DNA from: Candidatus Bathyarchaeota archaeon
Lineage (GTDB): Archaea > Thermoproteota > Bathyarchaeia > Bathyarchaeales > Bathycorpusculaceae
Length of the DNA: 64,000 nucleotides
Direction of reading: 5' to 3'
NCBI GenBank assembly: GCA_963827165.1
Contig: CAWGZR010000004.1
Span: 211,183 to 275,182, forward strand
A program made the translations under genes and the position numbers. The notes beneath the pieces are model-generated. The model was not told the origin of the DNA and made no database searches. It worked only from the letters and a program-made list of their open reading frames with translations. This document shows positions 31,828 to 40,785 of the stretch, piece by piece. The stretch's first letter is position 1. Every line of letters starts with the position of its first letter.

Positions 31828-32898
31828 ATGGAAAAAATAACAGAAACACCTCTTCACAGGATCTTAGACACAATCTCATCTCACTTAGGCGAACCATTAT
31901 CAATCAACCAACTAACCGAAAAAATCAAAGAAAAATATGGTGCCGCATATTACTCAAATATCTACAAACAAGTCAAAGAATTAGAAAACAAAAGATTACT
32001 AACAACCACTTCCTATGGAAAATCAAGCATAATAAAACCCAATTTCGACAATGAACTAATAATAGAATTATTTGCACAAATGGAAATCGAAAACAAAATA
32101 AATTTCCTAAAGGATAAGAACGAATTATTAATTGTCCTATCAAGCATGAACAAATCTCTGGATGACATTTGCTCAATAAAGTCAATAACCTCAATAAATC
32201 CTGAAAAGAATTCTGAACTCAACAGATTGGAACTGCTCTTTCTCTTAAGAAAAACCATTGACTACAAAGATGCGACATTTGAGCTTTATAACAAAATGAG
32301 ACAATTACGGGACCAACATAACTTGAAGATTGATAGCCTTATTTTAAACGAGGATGATTTTTCTTCATTGATAAGATCAAATGAAATAAATCCCTTAAGG
32401 GAAGCTTTTGCCAAAGAGATAACCATCTTCTGTCCACAGGCATTCTGGAGTCAAATTAAGAAGATCTCGGAAGAATCCGAAATCAAAACAATAGACGCAG
32501 AGACAAAACCTAACCACATTTCAGAAACAGACCTAATTTACAACCTCAACCGATTTGGCTACAAAGAATTTGGCAACAAAATATCCCAAGCTAACAAGTA
32601 CTGCATTGAATTCATAATCACAAGTTTACTACTTTCAGATGATGCAAGAAGATTAGAGGCCATCCCAATAATTCTCGCAAAAAATAACTATCGCAGTAAT
32701 TTATTGGCATTTCTTTGCCAAAAGTACAGGATTTCGGGCAAACTCTTGGGACTGCTGATAAGTCTCCAAAACATTAAACCAAACGATAAAATTAGGGACA
32801 CAATTAGTCTTTTAGAGATTCTCAAAGAGGAGCAAGAAACACCAGCTGACGAAGAGAGCATAAGGCGAAATATGAGGTTATATAATGCCATTAGATAA
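31828..32898 (+). CDS. HTH plus degenerate nucleotidyltransferase-like protein (AbiEi-like antitoxin suspected)
   Basis: N-terminal wHTH (PLSINQLTEKI..YYSNIYKQVKELE) and C-terminal RRLEAIPIILAKN..IRRNMRLYNA; AT-rich. Confidence 0.55.
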   Translation: MEKITETPLHRILDTISSHLGEPLSINQLTEKIKEKYGAAYYSNIYKQVKELENKRLLTTTSYGKSSIIKPNFDNELIIELFAQMEIENKINFLKDKNELLIVLSSMNKSLDDICSIKSITSINPEKNSELNRLELLFLLRKTIDYKDATFELYNKMRQLRDQHNLKIDSLILNEDDFSSLIRSNEINPLREAFAKEITIFCPQAFWSQIKKISEESEIKTIDAETKPNHISETDLIYNLNRFGYKEFGNKISQANKYCIEFIITSLLLSDDARRLEAIPIILAKNNYRSNLLAFLCQKYRISGKLLGLLISLQNIKPNDKIRDTISLLEILKEEQETPADEESIRRNMRLYNAIR

Positions 32899-33036
32899 AG
32901 GTCAAAACCCGAAAATATCGGCTAGCTTGATCACTTTTTCGTTAGCAAAATAGTTCGCCGTTATGATCCTAAACGTGGACTAACTTGCACAAATTTGCTT
33001 CGAGTCATAGAGCCATCATCGTATGATCTTTTTGTT

Positions 33037-33435
33037 TCAGTTAACAAATTCAACGCCTTCCAAGTCTTTGAACCATTTATCCCCTGTTAGAAATTTTATG
33101 TTAGACTTTTTTGCAAGATAATATCCCATAGCATCGGCATAAGATATGTCATGACCAATTTTCTTTAGTTTTAACCGCAGTTTCATGGCGCCTTCAATAT
33201 CCGCGATCCCAAAGTCCATTGCATATTTAGCAAATGCTTTGACCACTTCGGAGGCAGCTTGTGCGCCATGAACTTCAAGAGTGCGGTAGTATATTTCCAT
33301 TAAATTTAGCTTCGTTAGAATGCCGTCGTCTTCTTCGAAAAAAACCCTGTAGTTTGGGTTATCGCTCAGATAAGCTAGAACTGCGTAGCTGTCATAGAAG
33401 AACCGTTTAGATTTCTGCAAATCATGCCCAGCCAT
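33037..33435 (-). CDS. vapC: VapC PIN-domain toxin
   Basis: FFYDSYAVLAYL, NLMEIYY, ISYADAMGY..FLTGDKWF. Confidence 0.9.
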   Translation of the reverse strand: MAGHDLQKSKRFFYDSYAVLAYLSDNPNYRVFFEEDDGILTKLNLMEIYYRTLEVHGAQAASEVVKAFAKYAMDFGIADIEGAMKLRLKLKKIGHDISYADAMGYYLAKKSNIKFLTGDKWFKDLEGVEFVN

Positions 33436-33652
33436 GTTTCATTTCGTCTTTCTCATGCTGCAAATCCTTGAAAGGATATTTGCCTCTAAGACAACTAACG
33501 TCAGATGCTTTTCTCACCGTTACTTCCACTTCTTCGCCTTCTTTGAGCCCTTCTTTGTCCACCAGCGATTTCGGCAGCACTATGCCTAACGAATTTCCCC
33601 AACACTTAATTTTTGTCTTCACTATCATAATTAGACATGTATAACTACGCAA
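33422..33652 (-). CDS. AbrB/MazE-family antitoxin
   Basis: KIKCWGNSLGIVLPK..GLKEGEEVEV; overlaps vapC. Confidence 0.9.
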   Translation of the reverse strand: MRSYTCLIMIVKTKIKCWGNSLGIVLPKSLVDKEGLKEGEEVEVTVRKASDVSCLRGKYPFKDLQHEKDEMKHGWA

Positions 33653-33790
33653 ATTTAAGACTTTCCCAACTCTCCTTCAAATGGAGACAAGCGCTCTGGC
33701 TTGTCCCTAAATTAAACGCTCATTTTGTAAAAGGGATTTAGCGAGCATAAATTACACACATCTTAATATTTTCTAGCTGACTTATGGGGG

Positions 33791-34039
33791 TTGGTAGAAG
33801 TAAGAATGATTGGTTATTGGCAAGAAAGAATTGTAGTTGACCCAAAAGTCTTGGTTGGAAAACCAGTTATCAAAGGCACTCGGCTTTCGGTTGAGTTCAT
33901 TTTGGGTCTTCTTGCTAACGATTGGACGACCACGCAGATACTGGACGAATATCCCCAGTTGAAACGAGAAGACGTAATGGCCGTTTTGAAGTATGCCGCC
34001 GAGTTGGTCAAGGAAGAGAAGGTATATTCATTATCCTAA
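33791..34039 (+). CDS. DUF433 antitoxin
   Basis: RIVVDPKVLVGKPVIKGTRLSVEFIL..YPQLKREDV. Confidence 0.9.
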   Translation: MVEVRMIGYWQERIVVDPKVLVGKPVIKGTRLSVEFILGLLANDWTTTQILDEYPQLKREDVMAVLKYAAELVKEEKVYSLS

Positions 34040-34085
34040 AGTTCCTTGCGACGAAAACATCTCTGGCAAAATGGTCAGTTGCATG
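34036..34085 (+). pseudogene. Truncated DUF5615 PIN toxin start
   Basis: LKFL(A)DENISGKMV can be read with one indel directly after DUF433, then the similarity stops. Confidence 0.45.
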
Positions 34086-34118
34086 TGTAAGTAACCTGTA
34101 TCGCCACAGTTTTGGGAA

Positions 34119-34904
34119 CTAGAGGTTTTCTGGTCCGAACGCTGGTTCATCGGCTACTGAAGCAACTATTTGTTGGGCGTACTCTTCCTGCTCTTCGTTG
34201 CCGCTGACCGCAAGCCAGCATGCTCCCTCAGCTCCACAGACCCCGCCTGAAGCAATCAACTCAACGCAGGCGCCAGTTAAAGCCGCCAACGCATCCAACT
34301 CGGTGAAAACCTCGCCTGGAACCGGCAGCAAACGGCTTCCACAAGCACCCGGCGCGTTAAGCTTCTGTGCAAGCACAAATAAATCGCCGTTCACCCGCTT
34401 CTCAAGGCCCACAGGGATTATGAGTTTTACTCGGCGACCAACAACCGCGGGCAAAGCCAAACCAATCGTTCCCGCCTTTGGGTGACCAATCAAAACCGCC
34501 GCTTGCCTCCTCGTCAAGTCCAAAGCGTTTGCACCCTTCAAGATGACGTCGCCCTCCTTCAGAGAGTCTACAACATCCTCAATCGACTTCCCCTTCTGCC
34601 AAACCCCCTTAACAATCACAACGTCTCCCGGAAACGCGCTCACATCAGATAACCGCCCTGTTCCAGTCACCGGTTTTTTTGATGGCAGCGTTATGCCGCG
34701 GAAAAAATGTTTCCTCGAAAAATCACATGCGATCTGATGCGTCTTTAGTATCTCTTCAGCAACATATCCATTAGTTGTTCCAGCAACAATGACAACTGTT
34801 CCGTTCTTGAGCGCCTTTTTTACTGCAGGGTGGTTTGCCAGGGTCTTGGCGATTAAACGTTTTCCCGCCGCGGGAGTAATTACAAACTGCTTCAAAGTCA
34901 GCAC
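34119..34904 (-). CDS. Conserved hypothetical protein (CoA-transferase/isomerase-like fold suspected)
   Basis: [48 protein letters not shown]. Confidence 0.7.
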   Translation of the reverse strand: MLTLKQFVITPAAGKRLIAKTLANHPAVKKALKNGTVVIVAGTTNGYVAEEILKTHQIACDFSRKHFFRGITLPSKKPVTGTGRLSDVSAFPGDVVIVKGVWQKGKSIEDVVDSLKEGDVILKGANALDLTRRQAAVLIGHPKAGTIGLALPAVVGRRVKLIIPVGLEKRVNGDLFVLAQKLNAPGACGSRLLPVPGEVFTELDALAALTGACVELIASGGVCGAEGACWLAVSGNEEQEEYAQQIVASVADEPAFGPENL

Positions 34905-35160
34905 CTTACGGAGTGTTATTTGAAAGGTGCATTATAACAATTTTGTAGAGCAGAAGAGGGACGAAAAAAGAGTTTAATGCTCCTGGGCTCCTGGGTCAGA
35001 TTTTGCAAGACATTGGGCATGCCTTGAAGCAGTTCACTTTGCACGGGCAACTGGCAACGCAGTTTTCGACTACTACTGAAATATCGTGCAGCATAAAGGC
35101 AAAGATAAATTTAAAAGCTGAAACTTCTGAGAACCCCGTATTAATGAGAGAAATCTAAGC

Positions 35161-35598
35161 ATGAGCCAGAATAAACGATTTATCAGATTGACTGCGAGAA
35201 TCAGAAATATTGCCCAACCAATGAAAAAACGGCGAGGCAAAACATTGCTTTTAGTTGCAGTTATTTCCTTCATGGTGGTCCTTGCCGACCCCATAAGCAC
35301 GTATCTCGCATTAGAAATGCCTGGTTTTTATGAAAAAAACGCGATCTCCAGATGGTGGTTAGAACATTACGGAATGCCCGGACTGTTTTTAGCTAACTTG
35401 CTTCCTTTCTTATTCTTTATCCTCTTCTTTTTATTTGGGTACGCCGTCCTCTCATACGCCATCAATAAAAACTTCCAAAAAAACAAAAACATCGCGGATT
35501 GGTTAGTTTTCTTGTTTTTCTTAGGTGTCTTTGTTGCTTTAATTGTTTTGAAGGCGGAAGTGGTTTACAACAATGTACGGTTGCTACTTGGGCATTGA
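35161..35598 (+). CDS. Three-TM membrane protein (DUF5658-like)
   Basis: LADPISTYLAL..FYEKNAI pattern, three hydrophobic helices and a VVYNNV tail. Confidence 0.6.
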   Translation: MSQNKRFIRLTARIRNIAQPMKKRRGKTLLLVAVISFMVVLADPISTYLALEMPGFYEKNAISRWWLEHYGMPGLFLANLLPFLFFILFFLFGYAVLSYAINKNFQKNKNIADWLVFLFFLGVFVALIVLKAEVVYNNVRLLLGH

Positions 35599-35854
35599 TG
35601 CCTAGTCCGCGGTGTTAAAAAAACGCAGAAATATTTGACGGAATTCTATGCTAACAAACGACTGGGAGAGGCGTGTGAGAATTCCTAAATATAGGCTTGT
35701 TTTAAGAAGATTTGGGAAGAGTACATAGATGGTAAATACGTTGAATCCTGAAAAGACTCATCAAGTTGGGGACTTTGAATTCTATCCAAAAAAGATTCCC
35801 AAGGGATTGTTACTTAAAAGGTACATATGATAATTTTATTAATGAAATCTCAAG

Positions 35855-36967
35855 CTAAAGGGTTTTCACTTTGCATATTTCGTATACAATCAAATGCGGA
35901 TACTTCAAGTAAAACTTGTACAAATGCGGATTTTCTTTTTTCAATTCAACACTTGGATCCGGCTCGTAAATCCTACAAATAGCCAAGTGATTCTCGCAAA
36001 GAGCGCTTGTCATTTCATCAAGAGTAAACCAATGATGCGGATTATCCTTAGCCTTATACTCTATCCTGTAATTAGGCAAACGACCATGAAAACGTCCTTC
36101 CTTTGAATGCGTTATTCCTTTGGCAAGTTGACCAAAAAACGGATGCGCCTCAATAATAAAAAATCGTCCCTGATCCGTCAGAATTCTGCTGATTTCGCTT
36201 AAGGCTTTGGAGAATTCCTGATGGTTATGTGTTTTTCTGCAATAGTCAAAACTCACAACTGTATCTATCGCCACAACATAGTCAAAGTGTTTGCAAGGCA
36301 CGTTTTTTGCGAAATCAAGAAAATCCCCCTGAAAAAATTCTTCGTTATCGAGACATAGCCTTTGTTTGAGATCGTTTGCTTTTTCAATTAGAAATGCGCT
36401 TCTATCAACACCGGTCACGTGTGCTCCCAGTTTAGCCAGAATCGTGGAATAATATCCTGGGCCACATCCAAAGTCGAAGATCCTCTTTCCAGCTATTTTT
36501 TCTTTGGTGAAAAATTGTGTTACAAAATTTTCTACGCAATATTTGTAGTAGGTTCGGCTTTCAGGTCGTATATCTGAAACGTCGTCATAAAATTTCTTTT
36601 TAAACCATTTTTCCATAATTCCCTGCGAATCATCATCTTCCTTCAAAGCTTTGGGAATTGCTGCTTTCATTGCTTTGTTAACCGCTGAAACCACCATAGC
36701 TTCGACGTTTTGCATGGATCCATTTGAAGCATCATTGCCAATGATTTTTTCGCCAAATTCTGAGTTTAGCCATTCTTTGTATTGGGGCAACGTTTTTTCT
36801 ATGACTTCATGGATTGTTGACTGCAGTCTTGCATAATCTTCTGGATCCAATTTTTCGTAAAGCTGAACTTTTTCTGAAGGTGCATTGTGGTGTTGATTTT
36901 GCTTTTCGGTTATTGCAGGCCTTTTAGGGAGGGGTTTAGTGTTTGGTTTATTTTTTGGCAAAAACAA
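35855..36967 (-). CDS. Class I SAM-dependent methyltransferase with an N-terminal precursor-like scaffold domain
   Basis: IFDFGCGPG, GVDRS, FDYVVA. Residues ~38-109 align with the leader and follower of the 38735-39160 peptide. The likely start is the TTG at 36961. Confidence 0.9.
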   Translation of the reverse strand: MFLPKNKPNTKPLPKRPAITEKQNQHHNAPSEKVQLYEKLDPEDYARLQSTIHEVIEKTLPQYKEWLNSEFGEKIIGNDASNGSMQNVEAMVVSAVNKAMKAAIPKALKEDDDSQGIMEKWFKKKFYDDVSDIRPESRTYYKYCVENFVTQFFTKEKIAGKRIFDFGCGPGYYSTILAKLGAHVTGVDRSAFLIEKANDLKQRLCLDNEEFFQGDFLDFAKNVPCKHFDYVVAIDTVVSFDYCRKTHNHQEFSKALSEISRILTDQGRFFIIEAHPFFGQLAKGITHSKEGRFHGRLPNYRIEYKAKDNPHHWFTLDEMTSALCENHLAICRIYEPDPSVELKKENPHLYKFYLKYPHLIVYEICKVKTL

Positions 36968-37026
36968 TCAACGCCCTAATATGATCTCTCAAGATAATAT
37001 TTATGGGTTTAGTGACTCCAAATTTG

Positions 37027-38613
37027 TCAATAATATGGAACGATTATTTTTATAGGATAATTTCTTTTCGAGCTTGCCGTTTTTCCCATGCTTAATCGGT
37101 TCCACTCCGAACGGAGATTTTCAAATCGGTTGCTATCGGGCAGAGGTGAATAAAAATAACTATAATTATTTCCGGTTTTTTCTTTGCTCAGCTCAATTCC
37201 ATATTCTTGCGGGTTATTGGAAATTTCTGAATCAGGCAAAACCCCAAAACGTGAAATGCTGACTTGATCAATAAATTCTTGGTTTTGCTCCAAGAAACCA
37301 ACGGATTGTTCGAAATCTCTCTGAGTTTCTCCTGGAAAATCTACTATCATGAATGTCAAAACGCGAATGCCATTTTTTGCGGTATCGCGGATCACGTTTT
37401 TAGCCGTTTCTATGTCGTACCCTTTTTTCATTTTACGAAGAATTCTCTGCGACCCAGATTCTATGCCAAACCACAAGCCTATGCAACCCGCCTGCCGCAT
37501 TTTCCCAAGCAACTTGTCATTCATTTCAGAACGAACTCTAGCCATGCCCATCCACTTCATTTCGACGTCTTCTTCAATCAATAAATCACAGAGTTTCTCC
37601 AACGATTTGATATTGCAATTAATCAAACTGTCATTGAAGCGAATAGTAGAAACCCCATATTTTTCTTTGACATATTTGAATTCCGAAACTACGTTTTCCG
37701 GTGACCGCATCCGATACGTATTACCCCATAAACGTTTTTCAACACAAAAAACACAATCACCAATACAACCTCTAGATCCGACAACCGGCATTATAGGCAC
37801 CCCAAACTTATTCTGAGGATACTCCCACAACGGCAAATCATCGTAATCCGGAAAAGGCAAATCGTCAAGAGATTTAATTAAAGGTCGATCCGCGTTAGAA
37901 ATAATTTTGCCGTTCTCTCTGTAGGAAATTCCTGCGATTCCCCTTAATGATTCTAAACTTCCGTTATAGGAAATAGCTACTTCAGAGATTGTCGATTCGC
38001 CCTCCCCTCGAACTATTAAGTCAATTTCGGGGTGGATTGACAGAACTTCTTCCCATGAGGCGAATGCTGGACCGCCCAAAACAGTTAAAATTCTCGGTTG
38101 AATTTTCTTTAATTTGCGTGAGAGAAGTACACTCCAGAGCAAACCAGTGTGGGTTATTACATGAAATCCCACAATACTTTGACTTTTGGTATCGGCGGCA
38201 ACCTCTAAAAACCAATCATTACAAATTTTCCAAACATCTAACAATGTTGCCTGTTTTGATTCTTCGCTGATAATACCTTTGAACACCGAATTTGAATGGG
38301 GATAACCTAATTTATCAGAAGCCTCTCTTAGCATAATTTCTTCGAAAAGTTTTTGGCCATCTTGAATTGTTGAATAAATTTCTGCCTCGGGAACCTTTGT
38401 CCATTTCGCCTTTCCCTTGTTATCGCTTTCTCTTAAGATTTTTGCAGGGTTGATTTCGAGTCCTTGATGGAAAAGAGTCAAGTTAAAAGATTTAATGTTT
38501 AGATCAAAGGTGCTTACCTTTTGTTTGCTTGCCTTTAAGGTGCTTGTCAAGTATGGAATTGCAGGATAAGGAACCAAGGATGAAACTGGCGGGATGCAAA
38601 GAAAAACAGGCAA
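37027..38613 (-). CDS. B12-binding radical SAM protein (class B methylase-like)
   Basis: Cobalamin-binding domain (IVGF..LGGP..IDLIVRGEGE), LDDLPFPDY, SRGCIGDCVFC, GIESGSQRIL, FPGET. Confidence 0.93.
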   Translation of the reverse strand: MPVFLCIPPVSSLVPYPAIPYLTSTLKASKQKVSTFDLNIKSFNLTLFHQGLEINPAKILRESDNKGKAKWTKVPEAEIYSTIQDGQKLFEEIMLREASDKLGYPHSNSVFKGIISEESKQATLLDVWKICNDWFLEVAADTKSQSIVGFHVITHTGLLWSVLLSRKLKKIQPRILTVLGGPAFASWEEVLSIHPEIDLIVRGEGESTISEVAISYNGSLESLRGIAGISYRENGKIISNADRPLIKSLDDLPFPDYDDLPLWEYPQNKFGVPIMPVVGSRGCIGDCVFCVEKRLWGNTYRMRSPENVVSEFKYVKEKYGVSTIRFNDSLINCNIKSLEKLCDLLIEEDVEMKWMGMARVRSEMNDKLLGKMRQAGCIGLWFGIESGSQRILRKMKKGYDIETAKNVIRDTAKNGIRVLTFMIVDFPGETQRDFEQSVGFLEQNQEFIDQVSISRFGVLPDSEISNNPQEYGIELSKEKTGNNYSYFYSPLPDSNRFENLRSEWNRLSMGKTASSKRNYPIKIIVPYY

Positions 38614-38734
38614 AATTTAGATCATCGTTGACAGTTTATGGAAATTGGTGTTTATGGTTGATTCCATCTTTTGTGGCGTGAATTGACGAACTATTCTTCA
38701 TTTGAGAGCGTTGGTTTCTGAACCGCACTGCTTC

Positions 38735-39160
38735 TTATTCGAATTGATCTTTCAAAGCTTGACGAATTGCGCCTATCATTGCCTCGTTAACAGCATTAAC
38801 AACCATATCGTCCATTTTTCTATTTGGCGTAGGGCAATCGTTACCGCATGAACTGCACAAAGGTGTCGGACAGTCGTTTCCACATGAACTACAAAGCGGC
38901 GTCGGACAATCGTTGCCACATGAACTGCACAAAGGTGTCGGGCAATCATCAGCCGCAATCAAAGAAGTAGCTACCCACTGCTGATATTCCGGTAGAGTTT
39001 TTGCAATGGTATCTCGAATTGTTGACTGAAGTTTTGCATACATCTTAGGATCCAGTTTTTCAACAGGCGGCATTTTTGCTAAGAGTTTGTTTAACCGTAT
39101 CTTTTGTGCTGGGGTCAGTTTTTTTGAGGAAGCGTTAGATGTAGATTTATTTTTTGACAA
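38735..39160 (-). CDS. Putative RiPP precursor with an internal Cys-rich repeated core
   Basis: 141 aa: helical leader, (DCPTPLCSSCGN)x3-DCPTP, helical follower; lies between two radical SAM genes. Confidence 0.85.
   Translation of the reverse strand: MSKNKSTSNASSKKLTPAQKIRLNKLLAKMPPVEKLDPKMYAKLQSTIRDTIAKTLPEYQQWVATSLIAADDCPTPLCSSCGNDCPTPLCSSCGNDCPTPLCSSCGNDCPTPNRKMDDMVVNAVNEAMIGAIRQALKDQFE
38825..38947 (-). repeat. 36-nt coding tandem repeat, 3.4 copies
   Basis: GATTGCCCGACACCTTTGTGCAGTTCATGTGGCAAC / GATTGTCCGACGCCGCTTTGTAGTTCATGTGGAAAC / GACTGTCCGACACCTTTGTGCAGTTCATGCGGTAAC / GATTGCCCTACGCCA. Confidence 0.95.
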
Positions 39161-39195
39161 AAATATCCCTACAATGATGTATTGAGTCGTTTTAT

Positions 39196-40650
39196 TTAAT
39201 GTTTGTTGTGAAGCAAATCCTGAGCAGGATTATTTGGTAGAATTTTTTGAGTTCTGGTTTTTTGAGATTCCATCAGGAAATTGTATGAAATTAGGAGCTT
39301 TAGTATTTCATTTTGAAAAGTGCAGAAGTAGTCCTCTTTAATGCCAAGTTGCCCAGTCTTAACATAAATATCGTATGCGCATCCCCCGCCGCAAATTCCA
39401 ACCGCAGCACACCTCATACAGTCTTTATTCTTAAGCGTGCCCATTTCCAGCCACGTATAAAACAACGGTTCATCCTGAACCTTCAAATCATCTTTAATTG
39501 GAATCTGATACTTTCCCGACGGATAAAACGCATGGCACGGCCCCACTGTCCCAGTTGGCGAAAAAAACAGCAGTTGACCAAACGCCGGGCAATCGTAAAT
39601 ATGGAATATTTCTTTGAAAAAATAATTGGCCCGCCGATTATCAATACGGTCTTCAAACATTTTTAGTTCTTTTGCTTTTAAGTAGGCTCCAAAAAGATGA
39701 TGGGCAAGTTGTTTGGGGTCTGGAACCTCAAATTCACTTGGCTCTTTAAGCCGGGTCAACAAGTTAAAGCCTATGGTTCTGACGCCTAATTTCTGGATAA
39801 ATTCTATTATTTCTTCTGCATGCATATAGTTCTGCTTCGTGATTGTACATGATATTCCCGTGTTTACACCCGCCTCTTTTAGAAGCGCCAACGCTTTGAG
39901 TGCTGCGTAAAAGGTTTCTTTTCCATCCGTGAAAACACGGTTTTTGTCAATGGCAGCCCACCCATCAAGCGACAACCCCACGGTAACATCATGCTGCTTA
40001 AGTTTCTTAGCCATAGCTTCAGTTATTAGGCTTCCATTTGTGACACAAGAAAAAAAGAATTTTCCCTTAGAAGCCGCCTCAAGCTTCTCAATAATATAAA
40101 ACACAATTTCACTATTACTAAACGGCTCACCCCCATAAAATGTGACCCTGTATTCAGGAACTTGCTTTGCCTCGTTAACTATAACATTTATGACTTTATC
40201 AGCCAAATCCTTAGACATCACTGTACTTGGACCTTTGAGAGAGTTCTCTATAAAACAGTAACCGCACCTAAAATTGCAGAAATCGGTAACCAAAATGTAG
40301 GCAAGGTTGGTTTGTGGTTTTTTTCTAAGCAAGCTAGCCGCAACAGTTTCAAAAACTTTTTCCCCATTAAAGCCTTGAGGCACCAAAAATTTTAGTTCCA
40401 TTAACTCCTTAACGTCCTTGCTATGCGCGCCCTTACTCAGATCTGCCAAAACCTTTTCGTATTTTTTGTTGGTTAAGTACACTTTCTTTAGAGTTAAAGA
40501 ATTGAAAAGACACTTCGTCGATTCATCAACATTGAACAAGTGGACAAACGGCGAAAGAACCAATTGAGCAAGCTCTTCGCGGGGCATTTGCACAGAAGGC
40601 TGGTTCTTATTCACAATCGCATTAACCGCCTCAGATCGTTTCTTGCTCAT
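39196..40650 (-). CDS. Radical SAM/SPASM peptide maturase-like enzyme
   Basis: CNFRCGYC, FYGGEP, VTNGSL, GLSLDG; SPASM CPAFG..GPCH..CMRCAAVGICGGGC..YFC; ~110-aa N-terminal extension resembling an RRE. Confidence 0.92.
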   Translation of the reverse strand: MSKKRSEAVNAIVNKNQPSVQMPREELAQLVLSPFVHLFNVDESTKCLFNSLTLKKVYLTNKKYEKVLADLSKGAHSKDVKELMELKFLVPQGFNGEKVFETVAASLLRKKPQTNLAYILVTDFCNFRCGYCFIENSLKGPSTVMSKDLADKVINVIVNEAKQVPEYRVTFYGGEPFSNSEIVFYIIEKLEAASKGKFFFSCVTNGSLITEAMAKKLKQHDVTVGLSLDGWAAIDKNRVFTDGKETFYAALKALALLKEAGVNTGISCTITKQNYMHAEEIIEFIQKLGVRTIGFNLLTRLKEPSEFEVPDPKQLAHHLFGAYLKAKELKMFEDRIDNRRANYFFKEIFHIYDCPAFGQLLFFSPTGTVGPCHAFYPSGKYQIPIKDDLKVQDEPLFYTWLEMGTLKNKDCMRCAAVGICGGGCAYDIYVKTGQLGIKEDYFCTFQNEILKLLISYNFLMESQKTRTQKILPNNPAQDLLHNKH

Positions 40651-40785
40651 TTACCCACCTAAAAAGAAAACCATCTCAATGTCCCTAAACTAACAAATTA
40701 TTAAAATCTTTCCTAAAAACTCCAACCTAATCTCGTGTATGTTCGAAAGCGCAAAGCAAAAAGCTGTTATACTGCAACAATTTAA

